A DNA stretch of 62,292 bases, the filler included. It is 6 parts of 6 records of this genome, joined end to end, with 100 filler letters (N's around TTAATTAATTAA, not from the genome) between each part and the next. Parts side by side here need not be neighbours in the genome. Positions count along the whole stretch, not along the records: positions 1 to 14,825 come from SRR31156797_9626; 5 more parts are not named here. One strand, given 5' to 3'. The position numbers were made by a program, and so were the translations under genes. The notes beneath the pieces were generated by a model. The model had not been told where the DNA came from. It saw nothing but the letters and a program-made list of their open reading frames with translations, and searched no databases. Below, one piece after another: positions 1-10,780 of this stretch; position 1 is the stretch's first letter, and each line of letters begins with the position of its first letter.

Positions 1-1
1 C

Positions 2-1474
2 CAGAACGAACAGGACAACCGCTATTATGCACGCCTTGCCGGCATGCCCTGCTTTGAGCCTTCCACAGCTCAGGAAGCCAAGGATATGACCCGCGATGCA
101 CTGAACATGTCTCGCGAAATGTCCGCTCCGTTCCTGCTGCGTACCACCACCCGCGTCAACCACCTTCGCGGCCCGGTTGAATACGGTGAAATCGCCAAAC
201 TTGCTCCAGCTGAAGGATTCAAAAAGAATCCCGCACAGTTCGTACCCATCCCGGCTTTCGCCCGTAGAATGCATGTAGATCTTCTTGAAAAGCTCGAAAA
301 ACTGCGTGAAATGGCGGAAACCTCCAAGTATAACAAAATTTCCGGTAACGGAAAAATCGGTATCGTAGCTTCCGGCATCTGTAGAGCTTATCTCGCAGAC
401 GCACTCGCAGATACCGGCCTTACCGATAAATTTAAAATCCTTGAGCTGGGCTTCACTTATCCGCTGCCTACCAAAATGCTTACCGACTTTATCTCTTCTG
501 TAGAAAAAGTTGTTGTTATGGAAGAACTTGAGCCTTTCCTTGAAAATGAAATCAGGGTTCTGGCTCAAAAGAACTCCATTGCAGTAGAAGTTATTGGTAA
601 AGATAACGCTCTGCTGCCGCTGAACGACGAATATTCCACCCTGAACATCACCGCGATTATCCGCGAAGTTCTGGGTATGGAAGCAGAGAAGATCGAAAGC
701 TGTTCCGCAGAAGAAGGGCTGCCCATGCGTCCGCCGAACCTCTGTGCTGGCTGCACTCACCGTGCTGCTTACTACGCAGTGAAAAAAGTATTCGGTCCTG
801 ACGCTGTCTGTTCTTCAGACATCGGCTGCTACACCCTCGGTATCCTGCCTCCGCTCAATGCTGCTGACTTCCTGCTCTGCATGGGTTCCTCCATCTCCGC
901 AGGCTCCGGAGCAGCAAAAGCCGCAGGCCAGACCGTTGTAGGCTTCATCGGAGACTCCACTTTCTTCCATTCCGGCATCACCGGACTGGTTAATGCGGTA
1001 TTCAACCAGCACAATATCCTGCTGGTGGTCCTCGATAACTCCACAACCGCCATGACCGGACATCAGCCTCACCCCGGTGTTGAAACCACAGCACTCGGCT
1101 CCAACCCCGCACAGGTTGATATTGAGTCCATCGTCAAGGGTTGCGGCGTTTCTGAAATCCGCACCGTCAATCCGTTGAACCAGAAAGCCCTCACTAAAGA
1201 CCTTGAAGAACTGAAGGCTATGAACGGCGTACGTGTCCTTATCGCTAAGGCTCCCTGCCCGCTCTTCGCCCGCAGAACTCTCAAAAAGGCTCCCGGACAG
1301 ACTGCTTACGTAGCAAATCAGACCGAAGAAGTGCTCACGGTGATGGAAGAACTTGCTTGCCCCGCATTTGAAAAAACTGCGAAAGGCGTTGAAATCAATG
1401 AAATCCTTTGTTCCGGCTGTATGCTCTGCCTGCAGCTGACTAAAGATATTAAAGCCCGGAAAAGGAGCAGCTAA
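2..1474 (+). CDS. iorA: Indolepyruvate ferredoxin oxidoreductase alpha subunit (5' partial)
   Basis: Frame is open to the window start (QNEQDNRYYARLAGM). Motifs RPPNLCAGCTH, DIGCYTLG and TPP-binding GDSTFFHSG...DN; C-terminal CSGCMLC ferredoxin-like tail. Confidence 0.93.
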   Translation, partial: QNEQDNRYYARLAGMPCFEPSTAQEAKDMTRDALNMSREMSAPFLLRTTTRVNHLRGPVEYGEIAKLAPAEGFKKNPAQFVPIPAFARRMHVDLLEKLEKLREMAETSKYNKISGNGKIGIVASGICRAYLADALADTGLTDKFKILELGFTYPLPTKMLTDFISSVEKVVVMEELEPFLENEIRVLAQKNSIAVEVIGKDNALLPLNDEYSTLNITAIIREVLGMEAEKIESCSAEEGLPMRPPNLCAGCTHRAAYYAVKKVFGPDAVCSSDIGCYTLGILPPLNAADFLLCMGSSISAGSGAAKAAGQTVVGFIGDSTFFHSGITGLVNAVFNQHNILLVVLDNSTTAMTGHQPHPGVETTALGSNPAQVDIESIVKGCGVSEIRTVNPLNQKALTKDLEELKAMNGVRVLIAKAPCPLFARRTLKKAPGQTAYVANQTEEVLTVMEELACPAFEKTAKGVEINEILCSGCMLCLQLTKDIKARKRSS

Positions 1475-2061
1475 TGAGTAATAGGTTGCGTATATTCATG
1501 ACCGGGGTCGGCGGACAGGGAACCCTGACAGCCACCAATCTCCTTACACAGGCGGTTCTTGACTGCGGTATCGATGTCACTGCCGGAGAAATTCACGGAA
1601 TGGCCCAGCGCGGCGGTGTTGTTGAATCCGCCCTGCTTATCGGGCTGGCCTCCCCTAAAATCGGACACGGCGAAGCAGACGTAATCCTCGGCTTTGAGCC
1701 TCTGGAAACCCTGCGTGCCCTGCCCTACCTGAAACCCGGCGGCACAGTGCTTTCCAGCACCGAATATGTTCCGCCACTTTCCGTATGCACCGGTAAAGCA
1801 GAAAACACCCCCCTTGAAATTATCAAGGAAAAGGTTGATACCTGCGCCGGAAAAGCATACTACCTCCCCTGCCAGTCACTCGGTCTCGAAGCCGGAGCTG
1901 TGCAGAGCGGTAACATTGCCCTGCTCGGAGCTCTTTGTGCCACAGGATGCATTCCCCTTAAACCGGAACAATTGGCTGAAACAATTAAATCAGTCATGAA
2001 GCCGAAAATTGCGGATATCAACCTGAAGGCTCTGGAACTCGGAGTGAAGGCAGTATCATAA
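1474..2061 (+). CDS. iorB: Indolepyruvate ferredoxin oxidoreductase beta subunit
   Basis: GVGGQG and EIHGMAQRGGVV motifs; TAATG overlap with iorA. Confidence 0.93.
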   Translation: MSNRLRIFMTGVGGQGTLTATNLLTQAVLDCGIDVTAGEIHGMAQRGGVVESALLIGLASPKIGHGEADVILGFEPLETLRALPYLKPGGTVLSSTEYVPPLSVCTGKAENTPLEIIKEKVDTCAGKAYYLPCQSLGLEAGAVQSGNIALLGALCATGCIPLKPEQLAETIKSVMKPKIADINLKALELGVKAVS

Positions 2062-2070
2062 GTAAACAAA

Positions 2071-2106
2071 TCGACAGCCGCATGTTATCATGCGGCTGTC
2101 GACTTT
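2071..2106 (+). terminator. Intrinsic terminator after iorB
   Basis: Perfect 14-bp inverted repeat TCGACAGCCGCATG/CATGCGGCTGTCGA followed by CTTT. Confidence 0.7.
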
Positions 2107-2223
2107 CCAGAACAATATACCAGATCGGGAGGATACTCCCGAGGCGCCAAACAAAATTTTAGGCCGGAACCACGGAGCATATACGCTCCGACAAAGCTGA
2201 AATCTAAAAACAGCCTGGACGGC

Positions 2224-3804
2224 ATGAGTAAAGAAATGACTAGAAACGGACTGACGGAACGAGTGGACAATATTTATCTTTCAACTTTGAGTGAAATTCT
2301 TGACTCTGTAGCTCCCCATCACGATTTGGAACCCAGCCTCAATGCTATTCTTGAAGTTCTGTCCAAAGACCTCCACTTCCCGCGTGCATTCCTGGCCATT
2401 ATGGACCCGGAATCGGAAAAGCTGAAGCTTTCCATTACCCACAGCCCTGCAAAAGACTACACCGCCACTTACGCGCCGGGTAAAGGCGTTGTGGGTAAAG
2501 TATACGAGACGGGTGAATCTGTAATCATCCCCAGAATGTCTGATGATGATAAGATGCTCAATAAAGCATTCAACAGGTCTGAGGAAGAACAGAAAGGTCT
2601 TTCCTTCATCTGCGTCCCTGTAATAAGGACTGACTCCGATGGTAATCAGGAAGTTATCGGTGCACTTAGCGTTGATTCCCCCATCCTGCCCATGGATGAC
2701 CTGCATGAGCATAAACATTTCCTCGAAGTAGTAGCAGCCCTTATTTCCAATCAGGTGTCCCGCTTACAGGAAGAAATGTCCCTGCAGGCCCAGATGCTTT
2801 CTCAGGGCATGATGCCCGGTGCGGTGGATGTTCCTCCGCCGGCAGACTTCGTGGCCACTTCTAAAAGCATCAAACAGGTACTCAGGCAGGCTCGTCAGGT
2901 CGGCCCCAGCCGTGCCACCGCCCTGCTACGTGGAGAATCCGGTACCGGTAAGGAGCTTCTCGCTGAAGCAATCCATTCATGCAGTCCCAGAAGAGAAAAA
3001 CCGCTGGTTAAACTGAACTGCGCGGCCCTGCCTGCGGAGCTGGTTGAGAGTGAACTTTTCGGGCACCAGAAAGGTGCATTTACCGGAGCTTACCAGAACA
3101 AACGCGGTCTCTTTGAAATCGCTAACAACGGCACTCTCTTTCTAGATGAAATCGGGGAACTTTCCCTTGATGCACAGGCCAAAGTCTTACGCGCCATTCA
3201 GGAAAAGGAAATCCAGCGGGTCGGGTCCGAACAGCCCATAGCTGTTGATGTCCGCTTGATCTGCGCGACCCACCAGCCCTTAGAAAAGCTGCTACGTGAA
3301 GGCAAGTTCAGAGAAGACCTTTTCTATCGTATCAACGTCTTCCCCGTCTTTATACCGCCCCTGCGTGAGCGCCGTGAAGACATATTGCCACTGGCCGAGA
3401 AATTCCTCGACATGTTCTCCAATGAATACGACAAGGAAATTAAACGAATCTCCAGCCCTGCAATCGATCTCTTCACCCAGTACCACTGGCCGGGGAACGT
3501 CCGTGAGCTAAAGAACTGCATTGAGCGTGCTGTTCTCATCTGCGAGGAAGAGGTAATCAGAACTTACCACCTGCCTCCGACTCTACAGACTGCTGAATCA
3601 ACCGCCACCGACACTTCCCTCTCCTTTGGTGAAGCTGTGGCGAAGTTCGAACAGGAACTGCTAGTTGATTCCCTGAAAAAGGCTCGCGGCAACATGCTGC
3701 AAGCCGCCAGAGACCTGCGAGTCAGCTACCGTATCGTTAACTACAAGGTTAAAAAATACAATATTGACGTCAAGAAATACGCAGGCGCTAAAAAGAAAAA
3801 ATAA
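2224..3804 (+). CDS. NifA-like sigma54-dependent activator (GAF-AAA+-Fis HTH)
   Basis: GESGTGKE Walker A, GAFTGA, LFLDEIG, WPGNVREL; N-terminal GAF and C-terminal HTH. Confidence 0.92.
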   Translation: MSKEMTRNGLTERVDNIYLSTLSEILDSVAPHHDLEPSLNAILEVLSKDLHFPRAFLAIMDPESEKLKLSITHSPAKDYTATYAPGKGVVGKVYETGESVIIPRMSDDDKMLNKAFNRSEEEQKGLSFICVPVIRTDSDGNQEVIGALSVDSPILPMDDLHEHKHFLEVVAALISNQVSRLQEEMSLQAQMLSQGMMPGAVDVPPPADFVATSKSIKQVLRQARQVGPSRATALLRGESGTGKELLAEAIHSCSPRREKPLVKLNCAALPAELVESELFGHQKGAFTGAYQNKRGLFEIANNGTLFLDEIGELSLDAQAKVLRAIQEKEIQRVGSEQPIAVDVRLICATHQPLEKLLREGKFREDLFYRINVFPVFIPPLRERREDILPLAEKFLDMFSNEYDKEIKRISSPAIDLFTQYHWPGNVRELKNCIERAVLICEEEVIRTYHLPPTLQTAESTATDTSLSFGEAVAKFEQELLVDSLKKARGNMLQAARDLRVSYRIVNYKVKKYNIDVKKYAGAKKKK

Positions 3805-3807
3805 AAG

Positions 3808-4392
3808 ATGCAATCTATAAAGCATGCCGGAAAAGGCACTCTCAAGCCTATCCTTTGCGCAGCTTTAAGTCTGCTGATCTTAATTATCACGGGTTGTTCC
3901 GGTGCACAGAAAGCACCGGAGCAACCCTTTGTCATTCCTTTTGACTCCTCCCATATCACCACCGATAAAACTCTTTCCATATCGCCAGTCCTCTCACTGG
4001 ACGGAAGCTCGGACCGGGATTTTAAAACCATTACCCACCAGCACTACTACTTTGAAAGCAAAAACTGCACAGCAGAAGTAAGGCTGCTCCTGAACCGTAA
4101 AGCCACTGTAGACATGCCTGATATCGGAGACTGGTCAACCGTGTCCGTGGGCAACTGCTTGAGCGATGACGAAAGCGTAAAATGCTACACAGCACACATC
4201 GACTGCCATCTGGTGCGTATGACCTTCATCCCCACCGGAAAACGCAGCCTCGCTGTTATCAGGGTGCGTAACCGGGCACGTGAACCACAGGAACTCTGCG
4301 AGCAGTGGACCCCGCAGAATCTCACCCCCGACCAGCAAGAAGAAGTTGAGACTTTCAACCAGACTTCAGATTCCTTGTTTAGATTTAAATAA
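3808..4392 (+). CDS. Hypothetical lipoprotein
   Basis: Hydrophobic signal with ITGC lipobox; starts 3 nt after the activator and ends at a bidirectional terminator. Confidence 0.65.
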   Translation: MQSIKHAGKGTLKPILCAALSLLILIITGCSGAQKAPEQPFVIPFDSSHITTDKTLSISPVLSLDGSSDRDFKTITHQHYYFESKNCTAEVRLLLNRKATVDMPDIGDWSTVSVGNCLSDDESVKCYTAHIDCHLVRMTFIPTGKRSLAVIRVRNRAREPQELCEQWTPQNLTPDQQEEVETFNQTSDSLFRFK

Positions 4393-4425
4393 AAAACTCC
4401 GACCAAGGGCCGGAGTTTTTTATTT
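4387..4425. terminator. Bidirectional intrinsic terminator
   Basis: AAAAAACTCCG...CGGAGTTTTTT between convergent genes. Confidence 0.75.
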
Positions 4426-4445
4426 ATTGCTGTGTAAGTCAAAGA

Positions 4446-5069
4446 CTAGATGGAATCGTAATCAAATTCCTCATCTGAAACGATCACCGAATTAGCTTTC
4501 CAGAGTTCTTCGGGATCACCGAAGTTCTTCTTAGCCTCACGGAATCCCATGTTAAAGGCCTTGACGTTGATGTCTCTGATCTTTGCAGGCAGGACTTCTT
4601 CAAGATTCTTACGCATGGTGCGTTGCTGAGCAAAAGGCAGCAGATAGGTTGCCGCCCCCAGAACAATGGTATTCATAGCCTGAGGCAACCCCAGCTTATC
4701 CTTGGCAAGCTTGGTAAAAGGCAAGCCGATAAACTGATTCACCGGAGGCTGCTTGACCAGATCAGTTTCGATCATAAGCAGTCCACCGGGCTTCAGGTTA
4801 CGGTAATACATGTTACACGCTTCCTGACTAAGGGCGATAAGCAAATCAAGGGACTCAGCCTTTGGATAGCTGATCACACTGGAAGAAATCACCAAATCCG
4901 AACGGCTAGCTCCACCACGGGCTTCCGGGCCATAACTCTGAGTCTGGGTCACAAAGTATCCGTGCCCGAGAGCCAGACCGGATCCCATAACCTTACCGAG
5001 AGTCAAGATACCCTGCCCGCCGAGACCGGAAAGGCGGATTTCAAATCTGTCCAGAGGTTGATTTTTCAT
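4446..5069 (-). CDS. korC: 2-oxoacid:ferredoxin oxidoreductase gamma subunit
   Basis: GLGGQG and SYGPEARGG motifs; ATG at 5069 overlaps the korB stop and has a GGAGG RBS. Confidence 0.88.
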   Translation of the reverse strand: MKNQPLDRFEIRLSGLGGQGILTLGKVMGSGLALGHGYFVTQTQSYGPEARGGASRSDLVISSSVISYPKAESLDLLIALSQEACNMYYRNLKPGGLLMIETDLVKQPPVNQFIGLPFTKLAKDKLGLPQAMNTIVLGAATYLLPFAQQRTMRKNLEEVLPAKIRDINVKAFNMGFREAKKNFGDPEELWKANSVIVSDEEFDYDSI

Positions 5070-5905
5070 TACGCACCTCCCTGACATCTTGCAGCCATTT
5101 CATAGAATTTTTCTTCCAGACCGGGTTCATCTTTCTGCACGAACACACCTGAAGGAACCTTCTTGGCTTTTTCCGCCTCACTCAGCTTTTCATAACGCTC
5201 AATGTCAATGACATCCTTCTTGAGCATTTTATACATGTCCACCGGGGTTTTGTACTTGTTCTTGCGTCCGTACTGGGTATGGCAGGGAGTAAGAATCTCC
5301 ACCACACCAAAACCGGGATTGCTAATGCCGTCCATGATCATCTGGTCCAATTTCTTAACGTGGAAAACAGTTCCACGGGCTACATAATTAGCCTTCGCAG
5401 CAGCACAAAGCTCTACGCAATCAAAACTCTGCTCCATCTGCCCCATCGGGGTGGTCATAGAAAAAGAACCGGACGGTGTGGTCGGTGAGCACTGCCCGCC
5501 AGTCATACCATAAATGTTGTTATTGAGAATCAGGGCAGTCACCCCGATATTCCTGCGCGCGGCATGAATCAGATGGTTACCACCGATAGCCATGGAGTCT
5601 CCATCACCCATAACCACTATGACATGCATGCCCGGTTTGGCCATCTTGATGCCTGAGGCAAAAGTCAGTGCGCGTCCGTGAGTGGTATGCACGGTGTTGA
5701 AATCAACATATGCCGCCAGTCTGCCGGAACAACCGATACCGGCCACCACACAGACCTCATCTTTCTTGAGACCGAGACCATGGATTGACCGGATCAGTGA
5801 ACCGAGCACAATGCCATGCCCGCAACCTGCACAGAAAACATGCGGAAACTTCTTGTTATGCCTTAAGTACTCATGAATGAGCTGTGTACCTTTCATATCA
5901 ACCAT
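5069..5905 (-). CDS. korB: 2-oxoacid:ferredoxin oxidoreductase beta subunit
   Basis: FCAGCGHG, GIGCS, HGRA and GDGD...GGNH...NNxxYGMTGGQ TPP motif. Confidence 0.92.
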   Translation of the reverse strand: MVDMKGTQLIHEYLRHNKKFPHVFCAGCGHGIVLGSLIRSIHGLGLKKDEVCVVAGIGCSGRLAAYVDFNTVHTTHGRALTFASGIKMAKPGMHVIVVMGDGDSMAIGGNHLIHAARRNIGVTALILNNNIYGMTGGQCSPTTPSGSFSMTTPMGQMEQSFDCVELCAAAKANYVARGTVFHVKKLDQMIMDGISNPGFGVVEILTPCHTQYGRKNKYKTPVDMYKMLKKDVIDIERYEKLSEAEKAKKVPSGVFVQKDEPGLEEKFYEMAARCQGGA

Positions 5906-5907
5906 GA

Positions 5908-7059
5908 CTACACCCGTGTTAAGACTTTGAGGATTTCAGCCGGGGTAATGATCTGCCCGTCGACCTTATTGATGGTTCGCACGCTTACCTGACCGTTATT
6001 GACCCTTTTCACTTCCCTTGAAATCTGGCCCATATTCATTTCCGGGACAACAAGAGTACTGGCCTTGGCCATAACCTTCTCAGTTGCTTTCCTTGGATAA
6101 GGGAACAGAGTCGAAAGCTTCAGCAATCCGGCCTTTACGCCGAGATCGCGAGCCTGTTTAACCGCAAGCTCAGCAGAACGAGCCACTGTGCCGTAGGCAA
6201 TGACAACAACATCCGCATCCTCGGTATCCACTTCATCAACCAACTGCACATCATGCAGGAACTGATCAATTTTACGGAAAAGTCGTTCGTTCAGTTCACG
6301 AACTTCATCCGGACGGGATGTGGGGAAACCGTTGGTGTCATGAGTCAATCCGGTTACGTGAAAACGGTAACCTGAGCCAATGGCAGGCATGGGCGGAACG
6401 CCGCGCACAGTCTCTTCATACGGCTTATACCATTCCGGAGGCATGGTCGGGACAATACGATTGAAGACCTCAAATTCATCCGGATTGGGGATGATGATCT
6501 TCTCACGGGTGTGGGCGGTAATTTCATCAATGAGTAAAATTACCGGAGTACGGTATTTCTCCGCAAGGTTAAAAGCTTCGATGGTATTATCAAGACATTC
6601 CTGAACATTAGAAGCTGAAAGAACTATGATAGAATGGTCGCCATGGGTACCCCAACGTGCCTGCTGCACATCTCCCTGAGCCGGGGATGTGGGAAGACCG
6701 GTACTGGGGCCACCACGCATAACGTTTACTATTACCAGCGGAGTCTCGGTAATACATCCGTACCCCAAATGCTCCTGCATTAGGGAAAAACCTGGACCGG
6801 AAGTAGCAGTCATGGCTTTCCTACCTGCCAATGACGCACCGATAACCGAGCCAAGTCCGCCGATTTCATCCTCCATCTGGATAAATGAACCATTAGGAAT
6901 CAGCGGCAATCTCTGAGCCATTATCTCCATAATCTCCGATGAAGGAGTAATGGGATACCCGCCGTAGAAAGTACAGCCCGCCAGAAGCGCACCTTCAACA
7001 ACAGCCTCGTTGCCCAGAGCGAAAATCTCTTTGTTTCTTTTTTTTCTAGGTCTGGCCAT
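5908..7059 (-). CDS. korA: 2-oxoacid:ferredoxin oxidoreductase alpha subunit
   Basis: GYPITPSSE, EDE, TSGPG, RGGPSTGLPT and EMNMGQ motifs. Confidence 0.92.
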   Translation of the reverse strand: MARPRKKRNKEIFALGNEAVVEGALLAGCTFYGGYPITPSSEIMEIMAQRLPLIPNGSFIQMEDEIGGLGSVIGASLAGRKAMTATSGPGFSLMQEHLGYGCITETPLVIVNVMRGGPSTGLPTSPAQGDVQQARWGTHGDHSIIVLSASNVQECLDNTIEAFNLAEKYRTPVILLIDEITAHTREKIIIPNPDEFEVFNRIVPTMPPEWYKPYEETVRGVPPMPAIGSGYRFHVTGLTHDTNGFPTSRPDEVRELNERLFRKIDQFLHDVQLVDEVDTEDADVVVIAYGTVARSAELAVKQARDLGVKAGLLKLSTLFPYPRKATEKVMAKASTLVVPEMNMGQISREVKRVNNGQVSVRTINKVDGQIITPAEILKVLTRV

Positions 7060-7070
7060 GGAAATTCACC

Positions 7071-7400
7071 TTATCCCTTTTTTTTACCGGAACCGGTTTT
7101 TTCCGCAGCACCGCCGGAAGCGGCAGGCCTGTCGGTTTTCCGGGCGGCCTTTTCAAGGACAGCCCTGCATACCGCAGGAATCTCGTCATCAACTTTAGGA
7201 CGAACCATAATCGCGAAATCCGGGCAATGCAGCTCACAGAATCCGCAATTTATACATTCTTCCTCCCGAATGACGACCGCCTTACCCTGATCGTTCAATT
7301 CCATGACCTTTGCCGGACAAAAGGCTGCGCAGATTCCGCACCCCTTGCACCAGTCCGGAAAAATCGTAACCGTGCTATTTCCCTTACGTTTGACACTCAT
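7071..7400 (-). CDS. korD: 2x[4Fe-4S] ferredoxin (delta subunit)
   Basis: CKGCGICAAFCP and CINCGFCELHCP; first gene of the kor operon. Confidence 0.88.
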   Translation of the reverse strand: MSVKRKGNSTVTIFPDWCKGCGICAAFCPAKVMELNDQGKAVVIREEECINCGFCELHCPDFAIMVRPKVDDEIPAVCRAVLEKAARKTDRPAASGGAAEKTGSGKKKG

Positions 7401-7682
7401 AACCTGATCCAGGTTGAGGGTGACTCAAATAATCCGTTCTTCTTCTCCCCTAGAACGGATCAACCTTGCCGACAGCCCTGTAAACTTTTATTTTTACTGG
7501 GCCTAAATTCGGCCCTAGCATGGTAATTCCGCACATGCAACAGGAATCGGAACTTTTATGGCAATATTATAAAATAAGCACAACTTAATTGACATGAATA
7601 TGCTTTGTACATAGATTATGAAAAGATGGAGAATTGTATTCGCAACGACTTTTGATTGATTATACAATCATGCAATCATCCT

Positions 7683-7711
7683 AAAAAAAGAGTCGGCAAA
7701 TTGCCGACTCT
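7683..7711 (-). terminator. Intrinsic terminator of the GGDEF/EAL gene
   Basis: AGAGTCGGCAA/TTGCCGACTCT stem with a T-run on the minus strand. Confidence 0.7.
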
Positions 7712-7821
7712 CACAAATTTATTAACCAATACATAAATCAGACACACATTTTCTACACACTACTTACAGAACCGTATGCAACATATATTTACCTAGCTTT
7801 TTAAAAACAAATTCCAACCAA

Positions 7822-10638
7822 TCAATTCAGCTGAATCTCATCTTTAAAATAAGCTTCCACCTTCATACGGCTGATCGGCTTTGAGAATAAGTACCCCTGC
7901 CCGAACTCACAACCCAGATCACGCAACGTATCCTGCTGCCCAATCTCTTCCACACCCTCAGCAACGACATTCAAGCCGAGGTTATGGGCAAGATTGACAA
8001 TTGCCCTGACAATCTCAAGGTTCTCGGAAGACTCATTCATCTTACGCACAAAGCTAAGATCAATCTTCAACTGGTCAAGCGGGAACTCCTGCAGGTTGCT
8101 CATGGATGAGTAGCCTGTTCCAAAATCATCGATGGAAACCAGTACACCTGCGGATTTAAGCCTATTGAGCATATCCACAGATTGCTTGGCCCGTTCCATA
8201 ATTGCTGTTTCAGTAATTTCAACTTTCAAATTACGGGCAGGAAGATCAAACTCACTGAGCTTGGAAAGAATATTATCCACGAGCGCAGGCTGAGAAAACT
8301 GACGCGGAGAAATATTAATAGCCATCATCATTTCAGAAGCAGATTCATAATTAGCCTGCCAACTCTTCATCTGACGGCAAGCCTCGCTGACAACCCAGTT
8401 CCCAAGCTCAAAAATAAGCCCAGACTCTTCAGCCATAGGAATAAATTCACCGGGCATGACCAAACCGCGACGGGGATGCTTCCAGCGGATTAATGCCTCA
8501 AACCCCACAACACTATGATCTTGCAACGAATAAATAGGCTGGTAATCAAGATAAAGTTCATTTCCTGAAAGCATTGCCGCACGGAGATCACTCTCAAGCT
8601 GCATAGCCTGCACAGCCTCTTCCAGCATTCTTTTATTGAAGACTTTAATCCTGTCCCTGCCAGACTCTTTGGCCTGATGCATGGCGACGTTGGCATTCTG
8701 AATAATCTCTTCGGGCTTATCGTACTCGGTAGGGCTGAGCAGCACGCCATAACTGGCAGCAATATTGATCTTATGCCCTTCGATTACAGCAGGTCCATTC
8801 AAGCAGTCCCTGATGCGGCGGACAATACGGATACCTTCGCGCGGGGAAGCAAGCTCTTCGAGCACCACAATAAACTCATCACCACCGAACCGGGATACTG
8901 TATCCAGTTCACGAATGGTTTTAAGCAATCTCTTGGAAACTTCCACCAGAAGTTTATCACCGATATTGTGCCCAAGACTATCATTGATAATTTTGAAGCG
9001 GTCCAGATCCATAAAAACAACTGCAAAGAAATAATTATCCCGGCGACGGGAACGCTCTACAGCCTGAAGAATACGATCACAGCATAAAGTACGGTTGGCG
9101 AGACCTGTAAGCGGATCATGCAAGGCTTCATACTGCAACTGTTTTTCCATGAATTTGCGCTTTGTAATATCACGAAGAGAAAGCCTCAAACCAAGCGAAG
9201 TGCCGTCATCAGCAAAAACCTGATGCCCGGTGAGGGAAACCCAACGCAACAAACCGTCACGACGGAAAAGACGCATATCTGTTCCATCAGGGGAAGGGAA
9301 TGTCCCACGCAAAGCCTTCTGCCAGAACTCACGGTCATTTTTGTGCAGAATATGCTCCACTCTGACCGGTCCTTCCATAAAATACGCTTTGGGATAACCG
9401 GAAATACGTTCGCATGAAGGACTGACATACTTAACTGCTCCGGTTGGCCCGATCCACATTTCCCAGTCAAATGTATATTCGGCAATAGTCCGGTACTCCT
9501 CTTCGGAAGCACGCAAGGCCTTTTCCATCATTTTGTAGCTGGACACATCAGTAACAAATGCAAAAGTTAATTTTACATTATCACTTTCAAAAAGATTGGT
9601 AGCGTTGACAAAAATATCAACTTCCCGACCATTGCTGTTTACAAAACTCAGTTCAAACTTGTGGGAATGCCCCTCATTATTTCTAAACCTTTCAGTTGCA
9701 AGATCTCCAAGAATCGACCCAACATCTCCACCAAGTATCTCTTCCCGAGTAAGACCGATCATGGTGCAAAATGCAGGGTTTACGTCAAGCAGAATCAAAG
9801 ATTCATCAATCATGAAAAAGCCTTCCGCAGTGGTTTCCACCAATGCCCGGTAACGCTTTTCACTCTTAACAAGCGACTGAGCCGCTTTCTCACGCATAAG
9901 TATTTCGCCCTGCAAAACCTTATTCACTTCCTCAAGCCTGCTTTCACGGCTGGCGATCTCTTCTGTCATGCGGTTAAAACGGGAACCAATCTCCAGCAAT
10001 TCTATGTACTGAAATTCATCAAATCGGTATGAAAAATCCCCCATGGCAACTTTATCCATCCCTTTGCGCAGTCTGGCGATGGGGTTACGGATAAAATAAT
10101 CTATGAGAAATCCAGTGATTATATAAATGACCGCAACAGAGGTAAGAAAGGTCAGGCTTGATACAAACAAAATCCAGTCAAGATTACGACGGTAGATTCT
10201 GCTGCTGAGCTCCATACGGATGGAGCCAATTTTTTCCTTGGAAATATACAGATCACGAACACGGACAATGGGGTTATCGTCTTTGTCACCGGGGCGCACA
10301 AAGTTAAACAATACCTCACCGTTCATGTCGATAATTTTAAGCTTTGAAAACTGTTCGTTCTGAGTATAGGCACTGCAAACATGTTTGAGCGACCCCATAT
10401 CAAAGTTCCAGATGGGAAATGTAACTGATTTAGCTAACTGCTCTATATAGTTATCAGCCTTATCTTCATATTCCTGACGCAACATTTTTGAACGGCCGAA
10501 ATATTCATATGCCGTTACCAAACCGATAATTATGGCAAGAGCAAAAACAAGACAGGCTGAAAGATCACGGGAAATTGATCTCTCACCCTTTTTGAATTTT
10601 AAAAATGATCTTTTTGAAGTGGTCTTATTTTCAGACAT
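7822..10638 (-). CDS. Membrane HAMP-PAS-PAS-GGDEF-EAL c-di-GMP enzyme
   Basis: Two TM segments, HDPLTGLANR, GGDEF, EAL and DDFGTGYSS all intact. Confidence 0.93.
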   Translation of the reverse strand: MSENKTTSKRSFLKFKKGERSISRDLSACLVFALAIIIGLVTAYEYFGRSKMLRQEYEDKADNYIEQLAKSVTFPIWNFDMGSLKHVCSAYTQNEQFSKLKIIDMNGEVLFNFVRPGDKDDNPIVRVRDLYISKEKIGSIRMELSSRIYRRNLDWILFVSSLTFLTSVAVIYIITGFLIDYFIRNPIARLRKGMDKVAMGDFSYRFDEFQYIELLEIGSRFNRMTEEIASRESRLEEVNKVLQGEILMREKAAQSLVKSEKRYRALVETTAEGFFMIDESLILLDVNPAFCTMIGLTREEILGGDVGSILGDLATERFRNNEGHSHKFELSFVNSNGREVDIFVNATNLFESDNVKLTFAFVTDVSSYKMMEKALRASEEEYRTIAEYTFDWEMWIGPTGAVKYVSPSCERISGYPKAYFMEGPVRVEHILHKNDREFWQKALRGTFPSPDGTDMRLFRRDGLLRWVSLTGHQVFADDGTSLGLRLSLRDITKRKFMEKQLQYEALHDPLTGLANRTLCCDRILQAVERSRRRDNYFFAVVFMDLDRFKIINDSLGHNIGDKLLVEVSKRLLKTIRELDTVSRFGGDEFIVVLEELASPREGIRIVRRIRDCLNGPAVIEGHKINIAASYGVLLSPTEYDKPEEIIQNANVAMHQAKESGRDRIKVFNKRMLEEAVQAMQLESDLRAAMLSGNELYLDYQPIYSLQDHSVVGFEALIRWKHPRRGLVMPGEFIPMAEESGLIFELGNWVVSEACRQMKSWQANYESASEMMMAINISPRQFSQPALVDNILSKLSEFDLPARNLKVEITETAIMERAKQSVDMLNRLKSAGVLVSIDDFGTGYSSMSNLQEFPLDQLKIDLSFVRKMNESSENLEIVRAIVNLAHNLGLNVVAEGVEEIGQQDTLRDLGCEFGQGYLFSKPISRMKVEAYFKDEIQLN

Positions 10639-10780
10639 ACCTTATTGCACCAGAACTAGCATTAACACTCTAAAAACAAACAGAATTGACTACATCATTG
10701 TTTTCACAAATAACTTTCAAAGTCTATAATTAATAATCTTTCAGTCTGAAAAACAGACAAGAAGCAATATTTATAAACCA

